Assembly: GCA_964016885.1 (NCBI GenBank)
Contig: OZ024740.1
Coordinates: forward strand, 281,108,001 to 281,172,000
Direction: 5' to 3'
DNA: 64,000 nucleotides
DNA from: Eledone cirrhosa
Lineage: Eukaryota
Below, piece by piece: positions 38,401 to 51,658 of this stretch. The translations under genes were made by a program, and so were the position numbers. Positions within the stretch are counted from its first letter, which is position 1, and each line of letters opens with the position of its first letter. Under the pieces are notes generated by a model. That model made no database searches, was not told the DNA's origin, and was given only the letters and a program-made list of their open reading frames with translations.

Positions 38401-39270
38401 TCTTAGGGAGGGTGTCTCGTTCCCCCATGTCAGATTCTTTCATTTTCATCCATTCGATCATAATTTCATCCTTCAAGTTGGCAAGTTCATTCTCATTCAT
38501 TTCTTTATCATTTACGATCTCATTGTTTTCATTTTGAGTTTCATCATGTGCATCCACTCCCTCCACTCTTTCGATCCTTTCTTTAATTTGTTCTGTTGTC
38601 AGTGATTCCGCCCCAACCCTGGGATTCGAAGTGTTACAATTTACCTCGTTTTCACTGACACATGTTTCATTTTCCCTTCGCTGACTTTGTGCTAATAGCT
38701 TGATCTAATCAATTTTTATATCAGTTAGTAACTTTTTTTTAACAATATTTCTTCGTATATTGGCTAGTTTGTTACTGTCAATATAGCCTCTGTTTTCGGG
38801 ATGTTTCTTTTTCTAGTTGATATATATCTGTCCTGTATTCGATCTATTTGATGGGTAGTACATGGCAGTGTAGCAAGCCTCAAGGACTTATATATTTTCT
38901 TCCCTTGACCATTTCTCTGTCTTTTTCTTTGGATTTCTTGGTGGTGAGGATGGAGGGCCAACAGTAGGAGTATTCCGTTTATGGGAGGTCTCCAACTCCG
39001 AAGAGATGCGAAGATTTTAACCATTAGCTGATTTTTCGATCCCAGTCTGGTTCCTTTCTGAGGGACGCGGCCCTTTTTGACCCGGGTGAAGGCCTATCAG
39101 GTATGAGATTTTATCATTTGACATTTACTTTATTTAGTCGCGTTTTATCCTTAACCGCCAAGGGGTAATCATTTTGTGTTATCACTTCTAGGACGAGTCT
39201 CAACCAAGACTAAAAGGGTCGTCCTCCCCTAGAGACACGGCTATTCCTCACTGGCCTCCATCCCGGTATT
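35435..39270 (-). mobile_element. Near full-length R4/Dong-clade non-LTR retrotransposon
   Basis: Single fragmented ORF with RT and restriction-like endonuclease; 3' end abuts a TAA-rich tract. Confidence 0.92.
35555..39124 (-). pseudogene. R4/Dong RT, CCHC and RLE polyprotein, frameshifted
   Basis: KWSREEN; AWIDYKKAFDSLPHSW; GIFQGDSLSPLLFC; HLFYMDDLK; FGLDKC; YKYLG; CREC..C; RHD; NRPDI..IDMSVP; KYKDL; PVIVGALG. Confidence 0.95.
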
Positions 39271-39589
39271 TCTTGTGGGTTTTCTTTTTTGTTGTTTTTT
39301 TAAATTGTTATTATCAGGAATGGTTCCTTAATGTGAGCATTGCGTGGCTTAAGAATGAAATTATTATTTATAATATAATATACTTTTTGTTGAAGTTGCC
39401 TGTTATTGTTGTTGGCTATGTCGGTGGTGGTGCTGGGGCTTTTTCTATTGTTGGTGGGGAAGGGGAGAGCCAGCAGTGCCATAGTCGTTGACATTGACCT
39501 GGTCATTAAGTCAGTCTATTTATATCTTTTGCTAGCCTCTCCCTTGTCTAGTGATACCGCCACCTTCCCCTTTCTTAAGTTAACAGAAG

Positions 39590-39730
39590 GAATAGTGGTG
39601 GTAGCAATGAAGGAGTGGTGGCGGCGGTGATAGGATAGTGGTAGCAATGATGGAGTGGTGGCGGTGACTATAGTGATGGGATAGTGGTAGCAATGATGGA
39701 GTGGTGGCGGCGGTGACTATAGTGATGGCG
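39590..39730. repeat. Three-copy ~40-49 bp minisatellite
   Basis: atagtggtagcaatga.ggagtggtggcgg repeated. Confidence 0.85.
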
Positions 39731-40299
39731 TTGTCATTACTGAGTTTTGTTGAATAGACTGTAGTAGTATGCGTTTGTTTGATCTGTGTATCTATGCGGT
39801 TTGTCGCGTATGTTTAATATATGTGTTGACATATTTTCTTAATATTTGAATTAAACATTTTGAGAAAACTTGAGATACAATAATAGTAATTATTATTATT
39901 ATGCTGGGATTGGTGGTGGTGGTGGTGAAATTGCCGTTATTTGGCTGTTGTATATAGTGTACACAGAGGGGTGATGGGATAGGTGGTGTATCTAGTTTGT
40001 GGTGTTGGTGAAATTGCTGTTATTTGGCTGTTCTATATAGTGTAGACAGAGGGGTTTTCTTCCATTTATAACCATTTTCTTTTTTTAATATAAAATTTAT
40101 AATACAAAATTGAATATTTGAGCGATATAACAGGATATTATGGATCCGAATTTTCTGAGAGCAGAGTCTGGCGCTTTATGTCTCATTTGTACTAAGAATT
40201 GTTATATCACAACTGTTTTAAATATGTAAAAATCAAAAACTTACGGGAGCGATTCCATAACATTCTATCCACCACGTGCGTCTCCTTCCTTTATCTTTA

Positions 40300-40349
<50 letters not shown>

Positions 40350-40350
40350 G

Positions 40351-41281
40351 TTGTTCTTTGAGTCTCAGTCATTGATGTTAGCTAACTGGAAAGTTTGTTG
40401 AAATGAATATCAAGCCACTACCTGCAGCTTCAGATATTCAGGACGTATCGGAGGGTTCTTGCTGTTCCCAGCAAGCATGCCTTTTGAAACGTTCCAAAAA
40501 GCGTGGTGGGGCCAATTTTCTTTAACCATCCCTGGAAACCTTTTTAGATAGTACCTAGTGCGCCTATGACAATCGGGACCACTTTGACTTCATGGCAGTT
40601 CCAAATCCTTTTTACCTCCCACTTTAAGTCCTGGTATCACCGACTCTGGCTTATGCTCATACAACTTCTCAGAATGTGGTAAATTGTTTACTTTGCATAG
40701 GTGCCAGTGGATCAGCCTGCCCATCACATCATGTCTCCAGCCCTTATAGTGAGTCTGGGCTAGGTGTTTACACTCGGATACAATGTGAGCCACAGTCTCC
40801 TCTCTCTCTCCACAGATCCTGCACAGAGGGCTAGCATCCTCCTTGTAAATATGGTGTTTCAACCACTTCGTTTTGAGGGCCTGCAGAACACCCAAATTCT
40901 TGTATCCTTCTTCAGTGTCAATTTCCTTTATCATCTCACCTGTTGGTACCTGGATTCCGTTGCTTCTGCTCAATTTACCCTCTTCATCACAAGGACTTCA
41001 CACTTACTAATACCAAATTGCATACATATATCATTGCTGAAAATACGGACAGTGTCAACAAGCACATCCAACTCCCCACTCTTCCCGAAGAGCTTAAGAT
41101 CGTCTATGAAGAGGAGGTGATTGATGGTAAGCTCTCCCCTTCCCAACTTGTATCCTGCTCTCACTTTTTGCAGTATAATGGTCAGGGGCATCAGGGCAAG
41201 GACAAACAACAGAGGGGACAGACTATCTCCCTGGAAGATACCTCTCTTGATCTTCACGCCTCCCGAGGATTCTCCAGCCGA

Positions 41282-41283
<2 letters not shown>
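40351..41283 (-). mobile_element. Internally deleted R4/Dong fragment inside a (TAA)n tract
   Basis: GIFQGDSLSPLLF, HLLFIDDLK, CRICGEREETVAHIVSEC, RHD, VVPIVIGALG; (TTA)n at 40304-40348 and 41284-41321. Confidence 0.92.
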
Positions 41284-41321
<38 letters not shown>

Positions 41322-41535
41322 GGTAACAGGATCAGTAGTGCGTTGGACAGGATGCTTCATGGCATAGGGTTACGCCCCTTTACGATCTGGGTTCAAATCC
41401 CGTCGAGGTTACCTTTGCCTTTCATCCTTACAGGTTCGATAAAATAAAGCACCAGTGGGTACCGGGGTCGATTTAATCGACTTTTACCTCCACTTTAAAT
41501 TGTTGGCATTGTGCCTAAAGTAGCAACAACTATTT
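41322..41535 (+). mobile_element. Meta-like tRNA SINE
   Basis: GGTTCAAATCC B box, gcctttcatcctt..tcgataaaataaagcaccag, gtcgatttaatcgac. Confidence 0.85.
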
Positions 41536-42699
41536 TTATTATTATTATTTCTGTTGCAAATCACATGTGACATCTCGAAGGCATCAAAAATGTTCGTGCA
41601 TCAAGAGGTATTTTAGCTAAATCTCGCTCCTTATTTGTAGTGGAGGGCAAGGATAGCATTTGAGATGCAAGCTCTGATTATGTAGGAATATTCCATAAAC
41701 ATATGACTTGCTAACTGTCTAAGGCAGATCTAACAATCTGACGAGTAATGCCTGTATTTTCTGAATATGCCACTGTGGGTACAAGAAATTCAGTGTCACT
41801 TTGTACTTCATTCATGATGTAATGAAACTTCAACTTGATTTACAAATTAATTCCACAAGTGGGAATTCTGATAGTTAGCAACCATATTATATAATAATTT
41901 ACTTCACACATTGATCATCATTATTTTTAATTTTGATAGAAATTTGAATTATGCGTCACTTTGTTTTGATTTTGGATTTAAATAATTTTTTAAATTTTGT
42001 TTTGATTTTAGTTGTGCTGGCAGATTTTGCCTTCAAAAACCAATAAAGAAATTGAATTTAAAAAAAAATCACTTGAACTTTATTTATTTTATTTGCCATT
42101 ATTTCTTTATTGGCTATATTTTATAAAATTGTTGAGATTAATCATGAAAACTTTTGGAACATAAAGTTAAATGAAAGACATATTTTAGTTAAATATTTTC
42201 TCGTCCATATATACGAGAAAGTATATGAAGGTTCTACTACTACTCTAATTTGGATTATGTAGCAATCAATTAAGAGCAGCGTGGTTTATGTTCAATACAT
42301 ACTGTTATGGGTACTAAAATGACTTTTAAAACAATGTTTGAATATAAACTGGCACTCCGTATGAATATACTTATTTGCACTCCGATCATGTACTTATTTG
42401 CGACTCTACACGTATGTATAGATTATATTAGCACATTAATCTCTTGGATATATTTGCATATTCGATAAACATTGAATTTTTCTCCCGAACCACCCAGACG
42501 ACGTCTACTACATGCCTAGCGTGTAAACCATGAATAAATGTAGGAAACCTATTTGTATTTTTAAATATGCTTATATTGCTTCATTAGAGTTTCAAACCTA
42601 TGGTGTGCAAAACTTGCAAACAATAACCACCCGTTGTTAATGATTGCCTCTGTTGACTCCCTCTTAATTATTCGTTAATCATTTCATAGTAGGTTTCGA

Positions 42700-43520
42700 G
42701 TAACCAAATTCCTGTCTATGTGTCATATCAATGATGTAGCTGCAAAACCGAGATTCCGAAACCTCTACGCTCTTCCTATACGGTAATGGTACATCTAGAT
42801 ACGATCCACTATCAGCCGATGTAGTTTGAACAAAATCTTATCAGCGCATTCCCCAAATCCTTTTAGACAGTTCGACCTATCTGAGCAAAGTTTTGTGGTT
42901 CCTACATTCCGTTCTCCTAAACACCTACTCCCGCACAGTCTCAGCGTAAGTTCTGGATACCAAACGAATCACTCTCAGACACTAACAAGCAGAAATTCAT
43001 CCAGGACTGCTTCCAGACATCTAAAGAAGACTGGTCGCCTAGTGAGAGCATTAAACAGACCTTAGTCTGAAAGCACCACTTTCTCTGTTGTCAGTGACCA
43101 GGGTCCCCGATTTACCATGCATGCTCAGGAATATCGTCATTATCTCTGAATCTAATATTTGGCGAAACAAAACTGTTATTTCATTGGATTGCCTACAGGC
43201 TAAACATGGGTATACCTAACTGTTGTCGAGATGGAGGGCTAGTGTATGCGACATTAAAATCCTGATCCCTCCGAGAACTATCGCCTGAAGTTTTAACCAA
43301 AGGAACTTGCTTCCAAGCCCGATCTTTTACAAATGTTCACAGCAACATTGGATAGGCCATTAATATTTTGAACTAATTTATCTCATGTTGAAATTTCAAC
43401 TAGTGTTTGTAGATTGCTGATATAGTCTATTGCCTCCTACATTTAAAAAGGTCCATCCCAGAATATCCTCACGTGATTGATGCTATCCTATGTGTATCTA
43501 TAGATGACAATCCCGACCGT
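42700..43520. mobile_element. Highly decayed CR1/L2-like LINE fragments
   Basis: Weak RT-like words (CHINDV..LFLY; LVR..RP) on the plus strand; possible inverted RT N-terminal piece on the minus strand. Confidence 0.35.
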
Positions 43521-45173
43521 AGGGTTAAACCCTACTCACGAGACATTCGTAACGGATACAATAAAGATAAATTTAAACAGTCTTTTTGAAAAATTATATA
43601 CTTTTATTAATAGTAGAAAGTATGAAGGCTTTGAAAAAAATACAATCAATTACAGAAATATTGTGATTAGTGTTGATATCAATATCACAAACTAATATTT
43701 GATTAAATTACTGTTAATTAAATTCACGTTTACGAGTCGTTGTTAGGCTGTTTTCCTAGCCTGTGTAAGAAATAGAGATTTTGAAATTGCGATTTATACG
43801 ATATTAGACATGATTAATTCAATCAATACAAATTGATGTTAACTTCATTTCCAAGATGAATTGAGTTTGAAAACAAACACAGCAACATCTTGACAATGAG
43901 TCTTAACTAGACAAAATCTATTATCATTACTATTATTTGTATCTATTGACTCTCAAGCGACTACTGCACAAATTAGAGACGTTGTTAAGGGGCATCCCGG
44001 GCGAACTACGACAAAAGGAGAAATGTGTCAGAATATGCCGACGACGTCACTGTTGTAGTGTCGAGCACCAAACACATTGAGGCTATCGGCACTGCTCCGA
44101 GGGAATACGAGCCTATTAAATAATTATTGTTATTGCTGTTATTGTTATTGCCGTTGTTGTTGTTGTTATTGTTATAACTATTAGTATTGTTGTTGTCATT
44201 GTTTACGCTCTATTCTGTCATGATTGAGCATACCTTTGATTAAATGCATGCAAGACATGTCCACCGGACATAGTATGGATTAATAGTTCTATATAATCCA
44301 AGGTATTGTTTTCATTTCCAGATAACATAGTATGATTTAAAGGAGGTTTGGCTACGATTTTAGCAGATAGGATGCCCATAAAGGACCTCACTCAGAATAG
44401 AAACTCAAAATCAACTATGAGAGACAGGATACCCAGCGCTAAATACTTAAAGTTTATAAAACTATTATTTATAATGTTCATATTTTACAGAATTGACGGA
44501 TCAAATTTATTGGAAAAACAAAACCAATAGTTGTACACAAGTGAACAGTAGTACCATAAAATAGCATATTAAAAACAACTACACAAATAGCAACTAAATA
44601 GATTTAGGAAAATATTTGTAAAAAAACACTAATTAAGCATAATAGTATAAAGAAAACAGAACAGAATCTCCTCGACGGAAAACCCCCAAAAAGAAATGAT
44701 GTATATGAGAGATTAAAAAGCAGAAACACAAAAAATATTTACCAGGAAAAAAGCAATGACCTCTAATAACTCAAAGAAATAACGATAATTTTGCAAAATC
44801 TCATGAACAAAGAAGTAACTGATGGAATCAAACGAAATAGTAAACCACGTACTATCACTGCAATACATAAATTTTACGACAGATATAATGAATGCTATGG
44901 AAATGACAACATACAAAATTTCTTGTTAAAAAGATCCACTCACATGGCTGAAAATTTTGATAAATATACTACGACAGCTGTCGCCGTTAACACAATGGAT
45001 GTGAGTGAAAAACAATATTTCTTTCAACAATTAAAGAAATACTTCACGTAAAATTTATAGACAAATTATATGCCTTTTTGGTTTATAAACTTTTGTGACT
45101 CTAACACTAGATACGAAAATATATCAATTCCCCAGATATGAGCATCTTCTAACTGAAAAGCTAAAGGCATACA

Positions 45174-45229
45174 GAATGTGATAGTGTACTGAATTTGATA
45201 GTGTACTGAATGTGTTAGTGTACTGAATG
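45174..45229. repeat. 17-bp tandem repeat, 3.3 copies
   Basis: gaatgtgatagtgtact / gaatttgatagtgtact / gaatgtgttagtgtact. Confidence 0.9.
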
Positions 45230-45388
45230 GAGACGTATAAATTATGAAAGTATTTATAAGCTTTATAAAATCCTATTAACACATCTCTAATCTCTACTAA
45301 GTAACCTTTACCGAAAATTTATAATAAATTGAAGTGAGATCCAACAGGTGAATGTGTCTTTATTGGCAGCATGACCCTCCCAAAGTAT

Positions 45389-45436
<48 letters not shown>

Positions 45437-45438
<2 letters not shown>

Positions 45439-45700
45439 TTTGCCTACTCATTCCCGGGATGTTTGTGGCGGCAGAGTCCTGGAACACGGGTTCCACCACC
45501 ATTTGGTCTGGGTGAATCCCCAAGTGGAACCAGACGAGTTCATGGATGTTATCCAACCGTCTTGTCCGGAGTCTACCACAGGGTTTCATGTCGGTTGGTT
45601 TTGCCCATAAAATCTGTCCACTGATTCTTGCCTGAGACATTCTCACCACATGTTCATAGTATCGGAGAAGCGGCTCTACTTCGAGTAACTCACTGATGTC
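45437..45700 (-). mobile_element. RTE-clade LINE 3' fragment
   Basis: HVVRMSQARISGQILWAKP..KPCGRLRTRRLDNI, a typical RTE C-terminus. Confidence 0.7.
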
Positions 45701-45966
45701 ATTACATATCTGCCTTTGGGTTTAGTTTACAGGTCAGAAATGTCCTGATTTTGGTTTCTTTATTTCATTATCATTCCAATTAATGATATTGAAACTGTAG
45801 GTGACAACTGGGATTGCAAGTGCATTCATTATCCCCATCATCATTATTGTTTTTCTGTTCTTTCAGTATTGTTTCCGGTATATGCCGAGTATCTTCCTGA
45901 CACCTAGGAAAAATAAACTCACTGTATACATTGTTAAGCCAGTTAACACACCAACTGGATTATAAT

Positions 45967-46880
45967 TTTCAGAGAGATAGTGATCTTCTCAATACGTGTG
46001 CATAACCAGTTAAAACAATTTTTGCACTTGCAGAGAGGGTAAACCAAGGATAATTCTCAAATTCTGTTCTGTTCCTTTATTGATAATTTCTAGTGCTCCT
46101 ACAATCACTGGTATTGTAACGGGTTTGAGGTGTCATATTTTTTCAATTTCAATGAGCAGATCTTTATATTTTCTTAGCTTGTCAAATTCTTTTGCTGATC
46201 ACATGGGATGCTCATATAACTCAATAAACATACCTTGCTATGTTGGTATTTTACAATGATATCTGGTCTATTAGCCTTTGTGGTCCGGTCAGTATGTACA
46301 GGGAAGTCCCAAAGAATCGTTACTTTTTCTCCTTCGGTTACAGCCTCAGGGTGATGATTGTACCACTTGTCAGCAGTTTTGATTTTATAATGCCGACATA
46401 TTACCCAGTGTAGATATTAACCAACTCTGTCATGTCTAGATTTGTACTTTACTGGTGCTAAAACTTTACATCCAGAGATTAAGTGGTCCACTGTTTTAAC
46501 CTCATCATTGCAGAACTGGATTTATTCCATTTCCCATCAAATTGGCCTGATAATTCTGTGTCAGTAAGCTTTGATCTTGGGTATCTCTCATCAGCTTGTT
46601 AGCTACGGGCCACATATTTCCCATGCAAATTTTTCTGCTCCTACTTTGACGTTAATCGCTCTTGCTCTTTTTGCTTGTGCCATTAATTTTATATGCTTAG
46701 TAACATCAGTTTCAGCAGTTTCCTTAGTCTGTGCAATTTGGGTATCAAGCATGAGATCGGTAGCATATTTTGGCTCTCCTTCAAGATAGAATGAAGCTTC
46801 TTACTTCTCTCGTGTTTTTCAATCGCAGAATATCCAATACATCCTCTGCTAAGAATGTATTTGATAAGGCAGCCACCTAT
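45967..46880 (-). mobile_element. R4/Dong 3' fragment (RLE domain)
   Basis: DHLISGC..RHDRVG..LHWVIC; ILWDFPVHTD..ANRPDIIV; KYKDLLIEI; IPVIVGAL. Confidence 0.88.
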
Positions 46881-47503
46881 TATAATATAAACATCCTAGA
46901 TAACGGTTTTAAAGGTAAGATCCAGTAAATACTAAATTTTCTCTAAATCTAACAAACGTAAAAATTCCTAGAAATAATAAACAATCATTTCCGACTGTAG
47001 CCCACTATTTTACGATCTTCAACAATGGTTCAATCAAAATCAGTTATTTATATAGCCCAATGATAATCAGAAGACATCAGCCTTTAAATAAACCGGATGT
47101 TCATGCCGCAGGACGTTGGTTGTCCACTCATAAGCTTAATGTTAATTGTATATGAAGCAGCAAACAGATACACCAAACAGTAGGCAGTAAATGATGAGTG
47201 AATCTGGTACCAGGTAAGTTTAAGCACAGATTTTACTCATATGTTTCGACTTTCAGATACCCTGAAATTAAATCTCGACCAAGCATGCATGGAAATTAAA
47301 CAGCATTGGTATATCACATAAAATATAATGAGGAATACTGGAAAAGCAAAGACATATCAACGGATGGATTGAAGATGAATTGGGTTATTTGCACCAAAAA
47401 AGAAAACGTGAGCAAATTACGTATATCTATTTATGTATTCTTTTTTTTTTAGTTGAGGACTTCAACATCTCCATGATCAACAGTTTATTATATTAGATAA
47501 TTA

Positions 47504-47710
47504 AGGTGATGAATCAGCATTAGAACATCAGACAAAATGCTTTGCAGCACTCGTTTCGGCATTTTGTTCTGAGTTCAAATTATGCCGACGTCTACTTTGA
47601 CCTCCGTTCTTAGAGAGTCGATAAAACGATGTACCAGTCGACTGTTTATGTCTATTTCACTTCCCTCCCTCCAAATGGTTGCTCTTGGGTGTCTAAATAA
47701 GTAACTAATA
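47504..47710 (+). mobile_element. Decayed Meta-like SINE
   Basis: ttctgagttcaaatt.tgccga.gtc.actttg...gtcgataaaa..gtaccagt. Confidence 0.7.
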
Positions 47711-48183
47711 TTTTTAAATACTACTTTGTTTATTCACCGTTCAATAAATGTTTTCGCAACATGCGTATTGTTTATTTGCATTTTGGAATACATTTTACTA
47801 TTTTGTTTCTTTGTGAATAGAAGATTATTTCAGTATTTCTCGAATGGTTTTTCTTCTGTGTTTTAAGTGAGGGATCCACTTCGGAATTAGAGGCGTTAAT
47901 AGGTTGATACTAAATATCGTAGAATCTAAGAAAGTAATGATCTTATGTTAGTGATACAGCTAGCATATTGAACATTTCTGTTTTTATATTCTCAATTGCT
48001 ATTTGATTAATTATTTTCCGTCATCAAAGTAAACAGGAAAATGCTACAACGAGGAATTTCATTCAAATCTATATTCTAACTTTATGATCACCCGTCAAAA
48101 TTTACATTTTTTATACTGACATACTGAATTTCATTTTTATTACTTTCTTCACATTTTCTATTGATATGTCTGCTTTAAGAAAT

Positions 48184-48514
48184 ACCAAGTCCTAAATTAT
48201 TGATTTAAACTAAAACTGTATTGATCAATACTGTCTACACTCTTTTACACTTTATAACTACATCCATTTATACTGGGTATATAGTTAAATCAGTCTAGCT
48301 TATACTGAAATGAAGATTAAGAGTAAAGAACACTTAGCTATAAATATTTAATCTTTACATTTGTACCAAGTCCTGAGGTATTAATTTAAACCAAAATAAT
48401 AGCTCAACGTTGCTTATACTCATTTAAAATGTATAATAACATGTAGTTCCATTCTAGGTTATACTGAAATGACGATTAAGAGGAAAAAAAACTTAGCTAT
48501 GAATATTTTATCTA
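48184..48514. repeat. Old ~180-bp tandem duplication
   Basis: taccaagtcct...ttatactgaaatga.gattaagag...acttagctat.aatattt occurs twice. Confidence 0.8.
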
Positions 48515-49025
48515 TGGTTTTAATCTAATGCTATCTTTCGAATGGAACATCAGGCCCTTTATCGAACCTTATTGATGAGATACATGCCATTTAACATTTA
48601 TGTTTCATGCGTAGCCAAATATATTTTTATTGTGATGTTCAAACACAATTGTTGTTTTTATTTGATAGTAACTTTGAATCTATACAAACCTGTTGATATT
48701 ATGTTATGTACATTTCTAGGACAACTGCCACTGGAAAGTTTCGCCCTACACATTACTACACACACTACAATACACAATGCCACCTACATTGTGACACTCA
48801 ATACCATATTCATTACCATACACAATAGCACACACTACCACATACACGTTAAATCATTCTCAACTTCACACTCCCATTTACTCTCATACGCTACCACACA
48901 CGCATTACTAAATAAACTAACACAGACAGTAAATTGTAAGGAGCACAATTATTCTGGCTTATTTGTCCTCTTCGGACAATTATAAAGGAGTAAATATCCC
49001 AGGGTAGTTTTCCTCATACAGTAAA

Positions 49026-49150
49026 ATAATTGTTTCTACTTTTGGCACAAGGCCAGAATTACCCAGTGCGTTACTGGTACTTTATTTTATCGACCCCGTA
49101 AGGATAAAAGGCAAAGTCAACCTCGGTGGGATTTGAACTCAGATCGTAAA
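49026..49150 (-). mobile_element. Meta-like SINE, 3' part
   Basis: Same orientation and close match to 12591-12710. Confidence 0.85.
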
Positions 49151-49999
49151 TTTAAAATAATGCTTATCGGTATTCACTGAAGGCAAAAATACTCAAAACT
49201 GTTACAACTAAAATTGAATTTACTAGGTCAATAACAAAAATGATTCTATAACAAGTTTGTTGTGGTAGTGTATGAATATATCCTTGTGTTTATTTACTTT
49301 GTTCAAGGTTTCTTTGTGTAGATTTAATTATTTTTGATTTTTTCTGTTTAAGAATACTTCCTTAGATACGGGACATACGTTTTAATTAGATGTTTTATTA
49401 ATTTGTTGCCATATGAAATACAATTATTTTCTACGCCATATTGTAACAAAATTAAGTTTTTAGAAATACAAAATATAGACTATAAAGGAAAAAGAAAGAA
49501 GCTGATTTTCCAGACTGGAGGGGAGGAAACTACATTCATTGATCATTCCATTACTGAAACTCGTGAGATGGTTGCAACTCTTAGAAAATCGACGCCTCCC
49601 TCCCGTTCGTTATCAGGATATAGGATTTTAACTCAGAATGCACAAAACCGAAAGAAACACCACAGGTGTCTCTTCCGCCACAGTAGCAATTCTAGCAATC
49701 TTCCTTCTCTGAGCTGGTACTTTATTTATGAGTACTGGAATTAAGTTAACATCAGAGAGATTTGAATTCAGAGCTCAGTGTGTTGGGACAAATAACACAA
49801 AACTTTCTCTCCAAAGCCCTAATGACTCTGCTGATTCGCCAACAGGAAATGTCACTGCTGTTATATTAAGATCCATATCAAATCAAAATCAAAGAAACAA
49901 CACAGCAGCGAGGACAACAACACATGGTCATATCCAATACCAGTTAAAGATGAATACAAAATAAATAAGTATAAGGAATGGGATGAGAAATGAACTAAA

Positions 50000-50402
50000 T
50001 TCGTCCCAAAGTCACCACCAACAGACATTTCGTGATGGTCCCGTACAGTCGAGCGTACAGTCGAACTCCTCCGCAAGATTGGAACGTCGGCGTTCCGTCT
50101 GAGGAGGGAGCCCCACCAGGTTGGGTGCCTGTTGCAGCGGGTGTTGCTGGCCAGTGTCCGCAGGAATGCTTTTGCGGCCTTGTCCACGTGGCGCAGCCCC
50201 TCCACCACTTCACCCTAGGCCCAGAGACCAATCATCCCCCCCCATTCTTTTGGGACACTAGATTCCTTGTCATTCCCTCCCCTTCCGGTTTTTCTTTCCT
50301 ATTCTCTTTTTTCTATATATTTACCTATTTTACATTCCATTCTTCTGAATCTAACTTTTATTTTTTGTTTCTATTAAATTGTATTTACATAAACAAACAA
50401 AC
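50000..50402 (+). mobile_element. 3' end of a CRE-like RLE non-LTR retrotransposon
   Basis: Frame from 50000: FVP...W..TVELLRKIG..EP..LLQRVLLASVRRNAFAALST*; then a T-rich UTR and an (AAAC)n tail. Confidence 0.55.
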
Positions 50403-50768
50403 TGACGGGCGCACATTCTTATTTCAATTTCCATATGTGTGAGATTTTAAAAATGAAAGCAGCCTATGCAATGCTAAAGAGTACCTTTGTAGTACCGAGA
50501 AAATCAAGTTGCACAGTTAAGCTAGGAGCGGGATATATAAAATCTTCCATTTATTCTTGGCCCAGTTACATCACTGCATGTAGTATGAGGTCGGCTTGTG
50601 AAAAAACAACACTTCATTCACGAGGTATTGGGTGGAATCCGAAGTATACTACGGTGGGATTTGAAATCAGAACGCAGAGTCAGGACAGAGGACACAGAGA
50701 CATACCCACACGCACACACACACACACACACACATCCACACACATCCACAAACACACACACACACACA

Positions 50769-50843
<75 letters not shown>

Positions 50844-51046
50844 GAGTATATGTTGGTTGTTTACCGACGACTCAGTATGCAGATTGGAGCACTCGATGAA
50901 GTACGCAGGTTGGTTTGTTTACTCCGGAGTAATGTAAAATAAAATAAGTAAGTCAAATATGTAAAATGTGGCTTCTTTCATTACAAATTTACTGCCATAT
51001 ATATTTCGGTGACAGCCCTTATTGGCTGTGACCTCTCCAGGCAGTC

Positions 51047-51168
51047 CGAATTGGTGTGGAAAAGACAGGTACACATGTTGTTGAAGTGAACACACTTCGG
51101 ACGAATTGGTGTGGAAAAGACAGGTACACATGCTGTTGAAGTGAACACACTTCAACAACATGTGTACC
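51047..51168. repeat. 55-bp tandem duplication fused to a 21-bp hairpin
   Basis: 51047-51098 is repeated at 51102-51153; ggtacacatgctgttgaagtg-aaca-cacttcaacaacatgtgtacc. Confidence 0.9.
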
Positions 51169-51620
51169 ATATAGGTAGTACAATGGATTGACAGCTAGCG
51201 CCACCACACTCAAACAATAAAAAGGAGCTGCTTCTACATTTGCTTGACCGCACCAATTCCGCGCGCACGTGCGCTCTTCAGAATATCTCAGTTACCCACA
51301 AACCGCGGATAAAAGAGGCCAGGTACCGTTCCTCTCCGCAGTTGATGGATGCGGAAAACCCCGCAGTTGATGGATGCGACTCCGAAATATAGGGACAATT
51401 AAATCTCTCCCAAGGTAACTCTATCTCGTGTTATTATTTTAAATTTTTACGCTCTTTCCTACGTTCCTCTACACACTATACATCTCATTCTACAGTTCCT
51501 CTTACATCTCTCTCTTCGGATTCTGTTACCCGGAGATTTACCCATCTGCATTGTTGAGGCTTCCAAAACGACAAAGAAAAATTTATTATTCCACAATGCA
51601 AACTTCAATACTCTCATATA

Positions 51621-51658
<38 letters not shown>

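Noticed and set aside
44791-45051. 86-aa ORF with natural-looking composition
   Set aside because: Non-ATG start, no recognisable motif, no splice support.
45174-45229. CRISPR-like array
   Set aside because: Contiguous tandem repeats without spacers, in eukaryotic DNA.
47150-47410. Possible exon pair around a short GT-AG intron with a lectin-like W..WVIC end
   Set aside because: All frames contain stops and the similarity is too weak.
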